Shown in pieces: positions 28,544 to 37,923 of a DNA stretch of 64,000 nucleotides (position 1 is its first letter; every line of letters begins with the position of its first letter). The stretch is from Candidatus Poribacteria bacterium (lineage in GTDB: Bacteria; Poribacteria; WGA-4E; PCPOR2b), in NCBI GenBank assembly GCA_965116925.1, contig OZ220744.1:3840001-3904000 (forward strand), written 5' to 3'. The position numbers were made by a program, and so were the translations under genes. The notes beneath the pieces were generated by a model. The model saw nothing but the letters and a program-made list of their open reading frames with translations, was not told the origin of the DNA and searched no databases.

Positions 28544-29415
28544 TTTGTCGTCACGCCGTTTTTCTCGCCGCGCTCTGCTGCGTCTTTCCCGCATTGATGG
28601 CAATTGCAGACACCCCCCCAATTGATTATTATCAACCTGAAAATATCCGCAAGTTTGCAGATTATCTCTACGCTCAAGGCGACTACCTCCGTGCAGCGGG
28701 TGAGTATCAGCGTTACCTCTTTTCTCAGCCGACTACTTTGGGGGATGAGGTTTTACGCCGAATCGCCGATAGCTATCGTTTGGGTGGCCAGCCTGAACGC
28801 GCCGTTCAATTCCTCGAAACGCTTCTCCAAACGCAGCCCAATTCCAATTTAGCACGATATGAGCTAGGGGCAACCTATTTCCTAATGGAACAGTACGACG
28901 AATCTGCGCGCTTTCTCAAGGAAACACAGGATCTATTTCAGGGAGAAGAGTATCGCTGGAAGTCACAGATACTGATTGGCATGAACAAACTGATGCAAAA
29001 ACGGTGGGAGAATGCTATCCAACACTTCGACCAGTTTGACTTGAGTGGATTGCCAGAAGTTGTTGGTCACCGTGCGTCAACCTACAAAGGATACGCTGAA
29101 AAGGGGAGAACCCTTCCGTCCAAAAGTCCACTGTTGGCGGGATTCCTGTCCACGGTCTTGCCCGGCAGCGGCAGGGTTTATGTAGGACGCTCTAGCGATG
29201 CGCTGCTCACTGTGTTCCTGTTGGGAGTGTTGGGGTGGGCGGCTTACGACGGGTTTGCCGAAAACGGCGTTTCGTCGCGTAAAGGTTGGACGTTTGGCAC
29301 ACTTGGGGGTATTTTCTATCTCGGCAATATCTACGGCTCTGTCGTCGCCGCACAGACCCATAACCGGCGAACGGAAGCAGCATTTTTGGCAACAATCCCG
29401 CTTGAGATTCCGTAG
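28540..29415 (+). CDS. TPR-repeat protein with C-terminal membrane helices
   Basis: 'FADYLY...GDYLRAAGEYQRY', 'KSPLLAGFLS..LPGSGRVYVG'; overlaps the YidD-like gene (ATGA). Confidence 0.75.
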   Translation: MICRHAVFLAALCCVFPALMAIADTPPIDYYQPENIRKFADYLYAQGDYLRAAGEYQRYLFSQPTTLGDEVLRRIADSYRLGGQPERAVQFLETLLQTQPNSNLARYELGATYFLMEQYDESARFLKETQDLFQGEEYRWKSQILIGMNKLMQKRWENAIQHFDQFDLSGLPEVVGHRASTYKGYAEKGRTLPSKSPLLAGFLSTVLPGSGRVYVGRSSDALLTVFLLGVLGWAAYDGFAENGVSSRKGWTFGTLGGIFYLGNIYGSVVAAQTHNRRTEAAFLATIPLEIP

Positions 29416-29431
29416 AGGGGTTCCGGTTGTT

Positions 29432-30529
29432 TTACCGCCTATATTCAAGCAACGTTGCCCCTGTGGTGCGGTTAAAGAGATGTACCTTGGTGGACTTAAA
29501 ACGGATTGGCACACTGTCGCCGCGGTCCATGCGGGCGTCGGGGTGGGTTCGCGCCTTAAAAGTCACGCCCTCCAATTCCAAGGTAAGAAACAGATCGCTG
29601 CCCAACGGTTCTCGTACCACAACGTTGGCTTGGGCGGTGGGTGATTCGCTCGGCAACACCTCGATATCTTCCGGACGTACCCCGAGCTGTACCTCTGCCG
29701 AATCGTTCTCAATCAAGCGTTGTGTCTGTCCCGGCGTAAATTCACATGTATATCCCTGCCCCTTTACCAGCCACTGATCTCCACCGTTTTGCAGCTGACC
29801 GTCGAAGAAATTCATCGGCGGACTTCCAACAAAGCCAGCGATGAAGGCATTGGCAGGTTGATTGTAGATTTCTTCGGGCGTCCCCAACTGCTGGAGTTTG
29901 CCTTCATTAAGCACCACAATCCGATCCGACATAATGAGCGACTCGGCTTGGTCGTGCGTGACATAGACAAATGTTTTTTCCAATTCAGCGTGCAGCCGTT
30001 TGAGTTCGGTGCGCATTGTCACACGCAATTTAGCGTCGAGATTTGAGAGCGGTTCGTCGAGCAGGAACACATGTGCATTCCGGACGATGGCACGCGCTAA
30101 TGCCACGCGTTGTCGTTGCCCACCACTGAGTTCACGCGGCTTCCTCTTGAGCAGGTGGTCGATCTCCATTGCCTTCGCTGCATCCTGTACAAGTTGTTCA
30201 ATCTCATCAGCCGGTGTACGGCGCATCCGCAAGCCAAAGGCGATGTTATCGTAAACCCGCATGTGTGGGTATAGCGCGTAGGTTTGAAAAACCATTGCGA
30301 TATCACGCCGTTCGGGTGGAACATTTGTCACGTCGTCGTCGTCGAAGAACACCCGTCCGCTTGTTGGGTCTTCCAAGCCCGCGATAATGTTTAACGTCGT
30401 GGTCTTGCCACAACCCGACGGTCCCAGCAACGTCAAAAATTCGCGATCGACAATTTCAAGGGTTAGGTCGTCTACCGCGACGACATCTCCGAAGTGTTTC
30501 GTAAGATGTTCAATAACAACTTTTGCCAA
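29432..30529 (-). CDS. Carbohydrate ABC transporter ATP-binding protein (MalK/UgpC-like)
   Basis: 'GPSGCGKTT', 'LSGGQRQRVAL', 'LDEPLSNLDA', TOBE-like C-terminus. Confidence 0.95.
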   Translation of the reverse strand: MAKVVIEHLTKHFGDVVAVDDLTLEIVDREFLTLLGPSGCGKTTTLNIIAGLEDPTSGRVFFDDDDVTNVPPERRDIAMVFQTYALYPHMRVYDNIAFGLRMRRTPADEIEQLVQDAAKAMEIDHLLKRKPRELSGGQRQRVALARAIVRNAHVFLLDEPLSNLDAKLRVTMRTELKRLHAELEKTFVYVTHDQAESLIMSDRIVVLNEGKLQQLGTPEEIYNQPANAFIAGFVGSPPMNFFDGQLQNGGDQWLVKGQGYTCEFTPGQTQRLIENDSAEVQLGVRPEDIEVLPSESPTAQANVVVREPLGSDLFLTLELEGVTFKARTHPDARMDRGDSVPIRFKSTKVHLFNRTTGATLLEYRR

Positions 30530-30589
30530 AGAATCCCTCCTGTCCCCTAAAAAGTTCGTCCGAATTACTTCAATTTTTCAGACCTCAAT

Positions 30590-31375
30590 CTATTGGGTTT
30601 TTCTTTTTATTTCACTCCACATTGTTGCCAGTTTTCGCCGCGGTTGTACAGCGGCAGGAGCATCGTATTTTACCTCAAAATCGTCAAAGCGAATAATGTT
30701 GCCAAATCCCGATGACAGATAGATTGTTCCTTCAGTATAACGAACGTCCCTCAAACCCAGTATCTGTTCCTCATTGACAAAAACTCGGAATAAATTTGCA
30801 TCTGCAACAACTCTAAAACGATACCACTCACCCATTTTGACATCAAACGGTGAAAACCTCAGCAACTCATTCTCTATGAAGACGCCCCTAATAAAACCCT
30901 CTGCATTTACCGCCACCCGTTCTATATGCCAAATTGATGCTCCAACACCCCACTCTCCCTCGGTGTTTTGGCCAATAAAAAAATAGTAACCTAAGTCACT
31001 CAGCGATCGTGGATCTTGTAACTTATCGTCCTTTACAAGCCCGAGGAACTTTTCAGTTGAATGCCCACGAAGTCCAATTCCTGCTCCATTAGCAACAATC
31101 GGCTGAAACAAGAAAAGCTCGAGTCTCACAGACACCGTTACATCATAATCGCTAGCGGGCATCCCTTTAAGGGGTAACAAAACGAGAGTGGTGCTGTCCG
31201 GTTGGGGAGGCGGGACACCTGCAATCAATTCACCATCTTCAATAGCTACCGTCTGATGATCCTCGCTAATCACCCACCCCTCCAAATCCAAATTGTTGAA
31301 ATCATGCCGAAGTACCTCTGCTGATGCCGATGATACCAGTAATGTTAACATTAACAGAACGGTTCCTCGTTTCAC
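30590..31375 (-). CDS. Secreted beta-jellyroll (DUF1080-like) protein with C-terminal W-x-x-I-K motif
   Basis: Signal peptide; 'GEWYRFRV', 'GTIYL', 'RFDDFEV'; ends AAVQPRRKLATMWSEIKRKTQ. Confidence 0.65.
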   Translation of the reverse strand: MKRGTVLLMLTLLVSSASAEVLRHDFNNLDLEGWVISEDHQTVAIEDGELIAGVPPPQPDSTTLVLLPLKGMPASDYDVTVSVRLELFLFQPIVANGAGIGLRGHSTEKFLGLVKDDKLQDPRSLSDLGYYFFIGQNTEGEWGVGASIWHIERVAVNAEGFIRGVFIENELLRFSPFDVKMGEWYRFRVVADANLFRVFVNEEQILGLRDVRYTEGTIYLSSGFGNIIRFDDFEVKYDAPAAVQPRRKLATMWSEIKRKTQ

Positions 31376-31423
31376 AGAAAATTACCTATCCTTTCTTCCG
31401 TCGGCTTTATTTTCGATGGTTAC

Positions 31424-31643
31424 TATAGTGGATCTTAGAATTAATGAGACACGCCAAACCGGTGCGGTTACATGAAAATTAAAAAAATAATTCGGTAATT
31501 TGCTAGCGATGCCGGCGCGGTTGAAAACCGCGCCTACCGTATGTTTCGAGGAAAATAGGGATTACCGATTTAAATACTTAAACTTCATAAAACCGCACCT
31601 ACCGGGGGGCAAAAGTGTCTATTTATTTTTTGAATTCACTATA
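31424..31643. mobile_element. MITE family A copy with nested family C element (31472-31588)
   Basis: tatagtggatcttagaat...gaattcactata ends; 117-bp ATGAA...TTCAT insert in the REP loop. Confidence 0.8.
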
Positions 31644-31678
31644 AGTATCAACCGTCAGCCGCTTTTCCTTTTGTAAAG

Positions 31679-32536
31679 CTATCCCGTCACCGCACCACCA
31701 ATGCCGTGAATAATGAATCGCTGGAAGATGAATGCGAGGATAATCGGTAGGAGTACTACCAAAACCCCACCGGCGGCGATGATTGTGAAGTCGATCTGTA
31801 ACTCCTGTGCAAAGTCTGATGCTACCACGGTTACAGGCTTTGAAAATATGGTGGAGGTGAACAAGAGGGCAAAGAAAAATTCGCCCCACGACGAGATGAA
31901 GGAGAAAATGCCCACCGCGATCATACCGGGCGTCGTTACTGGCAGGAACACACGGAACAGTGCACCGAGACGGGAACAGCCATCGACCCGCGCCGCACGT
32001 TCCAAATCGAGCGGCACCGTCTGGAAATAGCCCTTGAGAATCCAGATAGTGAACGGTAACGTGAAGGTTACATGGGCGAGGATGACCGCAATGTGGGTAT
32101 CTAACAAGCCGTAACTACGCATGACGAGATACATCGGTATCATAATCGCCACGCCCGGCACACTGCGGGAACCGAGATAGAACAACAGCAGGGCAAGGTT
32201 ACCACCAAAATTCATCCGTGCCAGTGCGTATGCCGCAAGCGATCCGAAGAACAGATTGATAAACATCACCGTGCCTCCGATGATGAAGCTATTGACAATA
32301 GCACGAGGGAACTGCCGTGCGGTCGCCGCACCGATTTCCGCACTGTCGCCATATACACGGAAGTACATTAGGTAGTTTTCGAGTGTCGGATCGCGTGGAA
32401 TCCAATGCAGTTGCGTTGCTTCGCGTTCTTGCATGAAACTGACCATCACAACCCACAAGTACGGTATTACAATATACAACGCTGCAATCAGCACCAGTAC
32501 ATATAAAATCGTTCGTTTGACAACCTCTCTATTCAC
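31679..32536 (-). CDS. Carbohydrate ABC transporter permease (MalG-like)
   Basis: EAA motif 'LERAARVDGCS', hydrophobic helices. Confidence 0.95.
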   Translation of the reverse strand: MNREVVKRTILYVLVLIAALYIVIPYLWVVMVSFMQEREATQLHWIPRDPTLENYLMYFRVYGDSAEIGAATARQFPRAIVNSFIIGGTVMFINLFFGSLAAYALARMNFGGNLALLLFYLGSRSVPGVAIMIPMYLVMRSYGLLDTHIAVILAHVTFTLPFTIWILKGYFQTVPLDLERAARVDGCSRLGALFRVFLPVTTPGMIAVGIFSFISSWGEFFFALLFTSTIFSKPVTVVASDFAQELQIDFTIIAAGGVLVVLLPIILAFIFQRFIIHGIGGAVTG

Positions 32537-32548
32537 AAGATCCCTTTC

Positions 32549-33520
32549 TTATCCTTGGACGGTGCCTCGACGATACAGCACTCGAATATAAATAATCGCC
32601 AGTCCCATCGTGATGAGTGTAATCAGATAAGAGTAGGCATTTGACCCACCGAAGTTGAGGCGACCAAACGCTTCCTTATAAGTCTGCCAAGCGATGACGT
32701 AGGTCGCATCGCCGGGACCGCCTGCCGTCAATGCGTAGATAATGTCGAAGCCACCGCGGAAAGCGTTCATCGTTTCAATGATAGCGACAATCATAATCGG
32801 GTGCAGCAACCAAGGTAGCGTGATATGTTGGAAGCGACGCCAAGCACTTGCACCATCCACTTGGGCTGCACGGTATTGCTCACCGGGAATTGCCTGCAAC
32901 GCGGCTAAAAAGATAATACATGCGAACGGCACACTTCGCCAGACGTGGGCAGCGATCGCGGCGTTGAGTGCAACAAACGGCGAAGCCATCCCCAGATACT
33001 CAATCTCAGCCCCTGTCAGGCGATTGAACATATCGACGAAATCACCTATCATCTGGTTGAATGCGCCGTGTTCACCGAATAGCCCTGCCCACATCAAGCC
33101 GTTGACGATACCCGGCACCGCCCACGGAATCAGTAGCAGCGCACGTGCGAGTCCTCGCCCTTTGAATTGTTCGTTGAATAGCACGGCAATGCCTATTGCA
33201 ACAACGATAACCAGTGCCACAGACATTCCCCCAAAATAGAGGGTCACACGCAGCGAATGCCAAAAATCGTAACTGGTCAATACATCAATATAGTTGCCCA
33301 AGCCAATGAAGGCGTGGTCTTCTGGTCGCCGCAAATTATAACGGTGCAGACTGGTCCACAATGATACGACAACCGGATACGCAATCAGCGCAAGGATGAG
33401 AATAACGCTCGGAACATTGAGCAGGTAGGCGAAAATGCGGTCGCCACGTTCTTTTGTTGTTAAGCGCGAAGCGTCTTTGTCTCCTGCGCTGGTCTGGTCC
33501 TCTAAGTTGTTTTCATTCAC
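32549..33520 (-). CDS. Carbohydrate ABC transporter permease (MalF-like)
   Basis: 'FIGLGNY', 'LLIPWAVP', 'YRAAQVDGAS.W.RF..ITLP'. Confidence 0.95.
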   Translation of the reverse strand: MNENNLEDQTSAGDKDASRLTTKERGDRIFAYLLNVPSVILILALIAYPVVVSLWTSLHRYNLRRPEDHAFIGLGNYIDVLTSYDFWHSLRVTLYFGGMSVALVIVVAIGIAVLFNEQFKGRGLARALLLIPWAVPGIVNGLMWAGLFGEHGAFNQMIGDFVDMFNRLTGAEIEYLGMASPFVALNAAIAAHVWRSVPFACIIFLAALQAIPGEQYRAAQVDGASAWRRFQHITLPWLLHPIMIVAIIETMNAFRGGFDIIYALTAGGPGDATYVIAWQTYKEAFGRLNFGGSNAYSYLITLITMGLAIIYIRVLYRRGTVQG

Positions 33521-33541
33521 AATCGAATTTCCTTGTCAAGT

Positions 33542-34915
33542 TTATGTCCACTCTCGCTTCAATTCCTGGCACCGCTTCGCAATCCGCGCTAACCCATCGC
33601 GTGGCGAAACTTGGCGGATAAGAATCTTCTGGATTTCCGGCTGCGAATAGAAATTGAAATCGGGATACCATGGGGCTCTGATAATTTCGCGGATGCGTGC
33701 CACCGCTGACAATGCCCTGACCATCTCAATGTCGCCCCATAGCTCAGTCAGGTCGATAATTTCCGGGTCGTCGAACATGGACTCGAACGCAAAGCCCAAA
33801 CCGCACAAGCGATACCAGTGCCGCGCTGTGTAGTAGTCACCTGCTGCATCTTTGCCGCCCAGAAACTGCATTAGCTGCCAAGCGTCTAATAGGTGCTCCT
33901 CACGACAGTGCGTGGTTAAGCAGTACATCCGTGTCCAGCCGAGCGTGCCATTTTGCCCCGGTTCGAGGGAGGGGATGTATGTCATTTTAAGAGGTTTAGC
34001 ATAGAGGGTCTCAGATTCGGGGATACCCCGTGCCCGAAGATCCGCTTCAACAACGGCACTGTTCTCTCGATTATTGACCCATTCCATATTGTGCCGGATG
34101 ATCATCGCAAACGCTTGACGCCCTGCTGCGAAATTCTCCAGGATCAGGGGCGAAGTCAGGGAATTGATGTCGATAATACGGTGCTTGTGGATACCGTCGA
34201 CAATCCACTGAAGGATCTTCTCTGCGCGTCTGCCTTCATCATCAGGAAAAATTGGATTAAGGTCGTCGTCGAACAGATCAATCTCAGAGGCGTAGTTCAA
34301 TGTCCACCAATCGAAGAAGCCAGTAACGACCTGCCGAAAACCGAGCATAATCGGATACTCGACCAAATCGCCAGCAGGACTGCGGACCCTTGTCTCCTTT
34401 ATTTTTATCGCCTGTTCCGTCAATTCGTCCAGCGTCCGCGCTGCTTTCTCATATCCCGCCGCCTGCACCATCGACTCATTGTATGCCCATACCATAAAGT
34501 CGGTGTAATAGGGCAGCCCGTAGCGTTCCCCTTTGTAACTCATCGCCTCTAGGTTATAGTCGAAGATGTCATCGCCGTATTCATCCGCTCCGGGCATACC
34601 TTCGTAGGGACGGATCCACCCCGCCTCAATCCATTCGACAAAGTCATCATCACGCACGTAGCAGCAATCCATCGGTGTTTTGCCGACGAATAACGCGACC
34701 ATTTTATCGTGGTAGTTGCCCGACACTGCCTCGTAGGCGACGTCAATGTTTGATTGCTGTGCAAAATATTCGATGTTTTTACGGACAAGATCAGGTTCGT
34801 AGGGCCAGCCTTTGAAAATGACGCCTTCAGGCGCGTTCCGCAAGCAGCCTGTCATCAAGCCAGCACCTGCCAACGCCGAAGTTTTAAGAAAATGACGCCG
34901 CGTTATTCCTGCCAC
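33542..34915 (-). CDS. Sugar ABC transporter substrate-binding lipoprotein (Tat signal), paralogue 2
   Basis: GTG start 'VAGITRRHFLK...LMTGC'; 'YGLPYYTD'; same length as paralogue 1. Confidence 0.85.
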   Translation of the reverse strand: MAGITRRHFLKTSALAGAGLMTGCLRNAPEGVIFKGWPYEPDLVRKNIEYFAQQSNIDVAYEAVSGNYHDKMVALFVGKTPMDCCYVRDDDFVEWIEAGWIRPYEGMPGADEYGDDIFDYNLEAMSYKGERYGLPYYTDFMVWAYNESMVQAAGYEKAARTLDELTEQAIKIKETRVRSPAGDLVEYPIMLGFRQVVTGFFDWWTLNYASEIDLFDDDLNPIFPDDEGRRAEKILQWIVDGIHKHRIIDINSLTSPLILENFAAGRQAFAMIIRHNMEWVNNRENSAVVEADLRARGIPESETLYAKPLKMTYIPSLEPGQNGTLGWTRMYCLTTHCREEHLLDAWQLMQFLGGKDAAGDYYTARHWYRLCGLGFAFESMFDDPEIIDLTELWGDIEMVRALSAVARIREIIRAPWYPDFNFYSQPEIQKILIRQVSPRDGLARIAKRCQELKREWT

Positions 34916-34994
34916 TTCACCCTTTCCTGCTCGCACCTTGGCACACGCAAATTGACGGCTTCGCGAAGTGGTCCGTTCCGTAGTTGTCGACGCA

Positions 34995-36368
34995 CTAGGT
35001 CCACTCCCGCTTGAATTCCTGACACCTTTTCGCCATCCGCCCCAGTCCATCGCGAGGAGATTGCTGACGCAGCAGGATTTTCTGGATCTCCGGCTGGTAG
35101 TAAACGTTGAAATCAGGGAACCACGGGGCTTTGATGTTTTCTCGGATGCGGGCGACCTGTGATAACTCTTTAACTAGTTTGATGTTCCCCCACTTCTCCG
35201 TCAGCGCGACGATTTCCGGATCGTCCATCAGAGAGATGAACGCGAACCCCAAGCCCCGGAGTTGGAACCAACGTCGTGCTGTGTAATAGTCACCAGTCGC
35301 ATCCTTGCCTCCGAGGAATTGCATCAACTTCCATGCGTCCAATAGATGATCTTCTTGGCAGTGAGCTGTCAGACTATACATTCGCGTCCACCCCAACGTG
35401 CCGTGTTGTTCGGGTTCAAGAGAAGGGAGGCGTGCCATCTTAATAACCTTTGCATGGAGGGCTTCTGTTTCGGGGATGCCGCGTTGGCTCAGATAGGTTT
35501 CAGAGACGGCGGAGTTTTCGCGGTTATTTATCCATTCCACATCGTATTTACTCATCAGGCAAAACGTCTGTCTACCCGCTGCGATGTTCTCTCGAATATC
35601 TGGCATCGTCAATGAATTGATGTCAATAATATGGTGCTTGTGGATGCCATCGACAAGCCACTGAAGGATTTTTTCCGCTTGTCGCCCCTCATCGTCAGGA
35701 AAAATTGGGTTGAAATCGTCGTCAAACAGATCGACCTCGCTCGCGTAATTCAGGGCCCACCAGTCGCCGAAGCCGGTGACGTTCTGACGAAAGCCAAGCA
35801 CAATCGGATATTCAACAATATCCCCGTCGGGCGATTTCACCCGTGCCTCCTTGATTTTGATTGCTTGCTCCGTCAACTCGTCCAGAGTTTGCGCTGGTGC
35901 GTCAAAGCCTGCTGCCTCAAGCATCTGCTCGTTATAGAGCCAAACGGTAAAGTCGGTATAGTAGGGCAGCCCGTAGCGTCTACCCCCGTAGGTCATAGCG
36001 TCGGCATTATAATCAAAGATATCTTCCAGATACTGGTCGGTCCCGGGTAGATCGTCACAAGGACGCAGCCATCCCGCTTCAACCCATTCCGCGAGATCAT
36101 CATCGCGCACGTAGCAGCAATCCATCGGTGTTTTGCCGACGAACAAGGCGACCATTTTATCGTGGTAGTTGCCCGACACTGCCTCGTAGGCGACGTCGAC
36201 ATTAGATTGACGCTCGAAATATTCGATATTTTCGCGCACGAGGTCCGGCTCATAGGGCCAGCCTTTGAAAATTACCCCTTCGGGCTTTTTCCGCAAGCAG
36301 CCTGTCATCAAGCCTGCCCCTGCCAACGCCGATGTTTTAAGAAAATCGCGCCGCGTTATGCCTGCCAC
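34995..36368 (-). CDS. Sugar ABC transporter substrate-binding lipoprotein (Tat signal), paralogue 1
   Basis: 'ITRRDFLK' twin arginine, 'LMTGC' lipobox, 'YGLPYYTD'. Confidence 0.85.
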   Translation of the reverse strand: MAGITRRDFLKTSALAGAGLMTGCLRKKPEGVIFKGWPYEPDLVRENIEYFERQSNVDVAYEAVSGNYHDKMVALFVGKTPMDCCYVRDDDLAEWVEAGWLRPCDDLPGTDQYLEDIFDYNADAMTYGGRRYGLPYYTDFTVWLYNEQMLEAAGFDAPAQTLDELTEQAIKIKEARVKSPDGDIVEYPIVLGFRQNVTGFGDWWALNYASEVDLFDDDFNPIFPDDEGRQAEKILQWLVDGIHKHHIIDINSLTMPDIRENIAAGRQTFCLMSKYDVEWINNRENSAVSETYLSQRGIPETEALHAKVIKMARLPSLEPEQHGTLGWTRMYSLTAHCQEDHLLDAWKLMQFLGGKDATGDYYTARRWFQLRGLGFAFISLMDDPEIVALTEKWGNIKLVKELSQVARIRENIKAPWFPDFNVYYQPEIQKILLRQQSPRDGLGRMAKRCQEFKREWT

Positions 36369-36548
36369 TTCACTCCTCCAACTGTCGATTGACTTTCCAT
36401 GTGCAATTTTAGCCTATCTCTCGTTTCTTGTCAAGGATTGTCTTCTGATTTATAAAGTTGGATTCCGTGATAGAATTTGCGAAGATTTTTAGCCTAGCGA
36501 TACACTATTTGACAGAATTGTTTGCCCAAACGTAATATTACATTTATT

Positions 36549-36666
36549 GGCTCATGTAAAAACGGAGTGCAATTACGATGAACGCGTTGACGGCGGGGAA
36601 ACCAGATGCCCCGCCTACGGTTTTTGAGGTAAGTCAATGCTTTTGCACTAATTCTTAACATGAGCC
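36549..36666. mobile_element. MITE family E (GGCTCATGT ends) with target-site duplication
   Basis: ggctcatgtaaa / ttaacatgagcc; flanking direct repeat tacatttatt; internal REP-like ggcggggaaaccagatgccccgcctac. Confidence 0.8.
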
Positions 36667-36707
36667 TACATTTATTTAACATTTTTAACAAATCTGTAAT
36701 TTTTCGA

Positions 36708-36736
36708 TTGACAAGTTGTTGCATTTCTGATAAATT
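36708..36736 (+). promoter_or_regulatory. sigma70 promoter for the secreted-protein array
   Basis: TTGACA-17nt-TAAATT. Confidence 0.5.
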
Positions 36737-36896
36737 TCTCTATAGAAGGGGTATTGTTACCAAACAATACTAACTCAGGAAACTGAGGATGATTAACAAA
36801 CCTATCTGAATTTCAAATGGGAATCCTAGCACAATATCTAGGCAGTTCCATAGGATTTTTCGGATAGACACTTTGAATAAATAGGAGGCTAAGATA

Positions 36897-37823
36897 ATGT
36901 TACGGACAAAAGTATCTTTAATCCTGATAACGCTCCTTGCTATTGGAGTCATTTGGAGCTTACCCTCAACTGTTGACGCACGTGATGTCACTGTCCTAGT
37001 GTTTAACAACACACCCGAATCGTGGGGTGTTTGGGGCCCGCCTGCCCGAGATCCCGCTGCGTTCGATGGTGGAAAAATTAAAACCGCACTTCAAGGCACG
37101 TGGTACGATGCCATCTTCAAGCAGTTCGGCTTTACAGAGGGCAAAGACTTTCTGGAGATCATTGGCGACGATGTCGCAAGGTTTGAAAGGGAACTCTGGA
37201 GCGACAAGTGGGATGTTGTTGTTTTCAATTACCACATCTGGCGAGATAGCCCTGACCTGCAGGCGTGGATTGAGCAAAATGGCAACAAACTGAAGGAGTT
37301 CATGGACGAAGGTCATGGCGTCATCAGCACCGGCGGTCGGGATCCCGAAGATAGACCGTTGGTAGCCCTTTGGGACGGTATGGACAAGGCGTTGGCTGGG
37401 TTCCCCGTGGCGGACAAATGCTGTCTCGCGTACGTTGAGGGCACACCGTTGACCAAAGATATGGTGGGCGGCATTATTGATACGTCTAAATCCCCGGATC
37501 CGACCTTCGTGGGTGACGGCGATTTCCCCGGCTATGATAGGGGTCTATTGCCCGGGCACGCTGAAGTGGCAGCCGAAGATATTGGTGATCCCAATATTGC
37601 CATTATCGTCTATGGACGAGTTCAAAGAGGGGCTTATGTCCTGAGTGGCAGCGCCGAAATTACCAATATGAACATGGGTTTCGGTCAGAAGGAGCTCGGT
37701 CAAGGCAATTCATGGCTCCTCTGGCGGAACATGATCGATTGGTTTGAAGATGCGAACCTTCGCTCGGTGAATCCGAAGTCACAGCTACCCATGACTTGGG
37801 CACAAATTAAGACCGGTCGATAA
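36897..37823 (+). CDS. Secreted hypothetical protein (possible class I GATase-like fold) with C-terminal W-x-x-I-K motif
   Basis: Signal peptide ending VDA; 'WDVVVF', 'LKEFMDEGHGVI'; ends SVNPKSQLPMTWAQIK. Confidence 0.65.
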   Translation: MLRTKVSLILITLLAIGVIWSLPSTVDARDVTVLVFNNTPESWGVWGPPARDPAAFDGGKIKTALQGTWYDAIFKQFGFTEGKDFLEIIGDDVARFERELWSDKWDVVVFNYHIWRDSPDLQAWIEQNGNKLKEFMDEGHGVISTGGRDPEDRPLVALWDGMDKALAGFPVADKCCLAYVEGTPLTKDMVGGIIDTSKSPDPTFVGDGDFPGYDRGLLPGHAEVAAEDIGDPNIAIIVYGRVQRGAYVLSGSAEITNMNMGFGQKELGQGNSWLLWRNMIDWFEDANLRSVNPKSQLPMTWAQIKTGR

Positions 37824-37840
37824 ACAATAACCCAATACTT

Positions 37841-37866
37841 GGGGGCAAGTGTGACTTGCCCCCTTT
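37841..37866 (+). terminator. Hairpin, probable terminator
   Basis: gggggcaagt-gtg-acttgccccc followed by ttt. Confidence 0.5.
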
Positions 37867-37923
37867 CCGCAATTTTCATAAAAATTAAAGGAGGATAGAT
37901 AAGGATATTAGGGAGGGAATATT

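Noticed and set aside
34916..35050. N-terminal extension of the SBP in the ORF track
   Set aside because: It overlaps the upstream paralogue; the true start is the GTG at 34915, matching the paralogue's length and Tat signal
36829..36844. Single NrdR-like box (gcacaatatctaggc); similar one at ~23831
   Set aside because: No convincing partner box at 31-32 bp spacing; may be chance in AT-rich DNA
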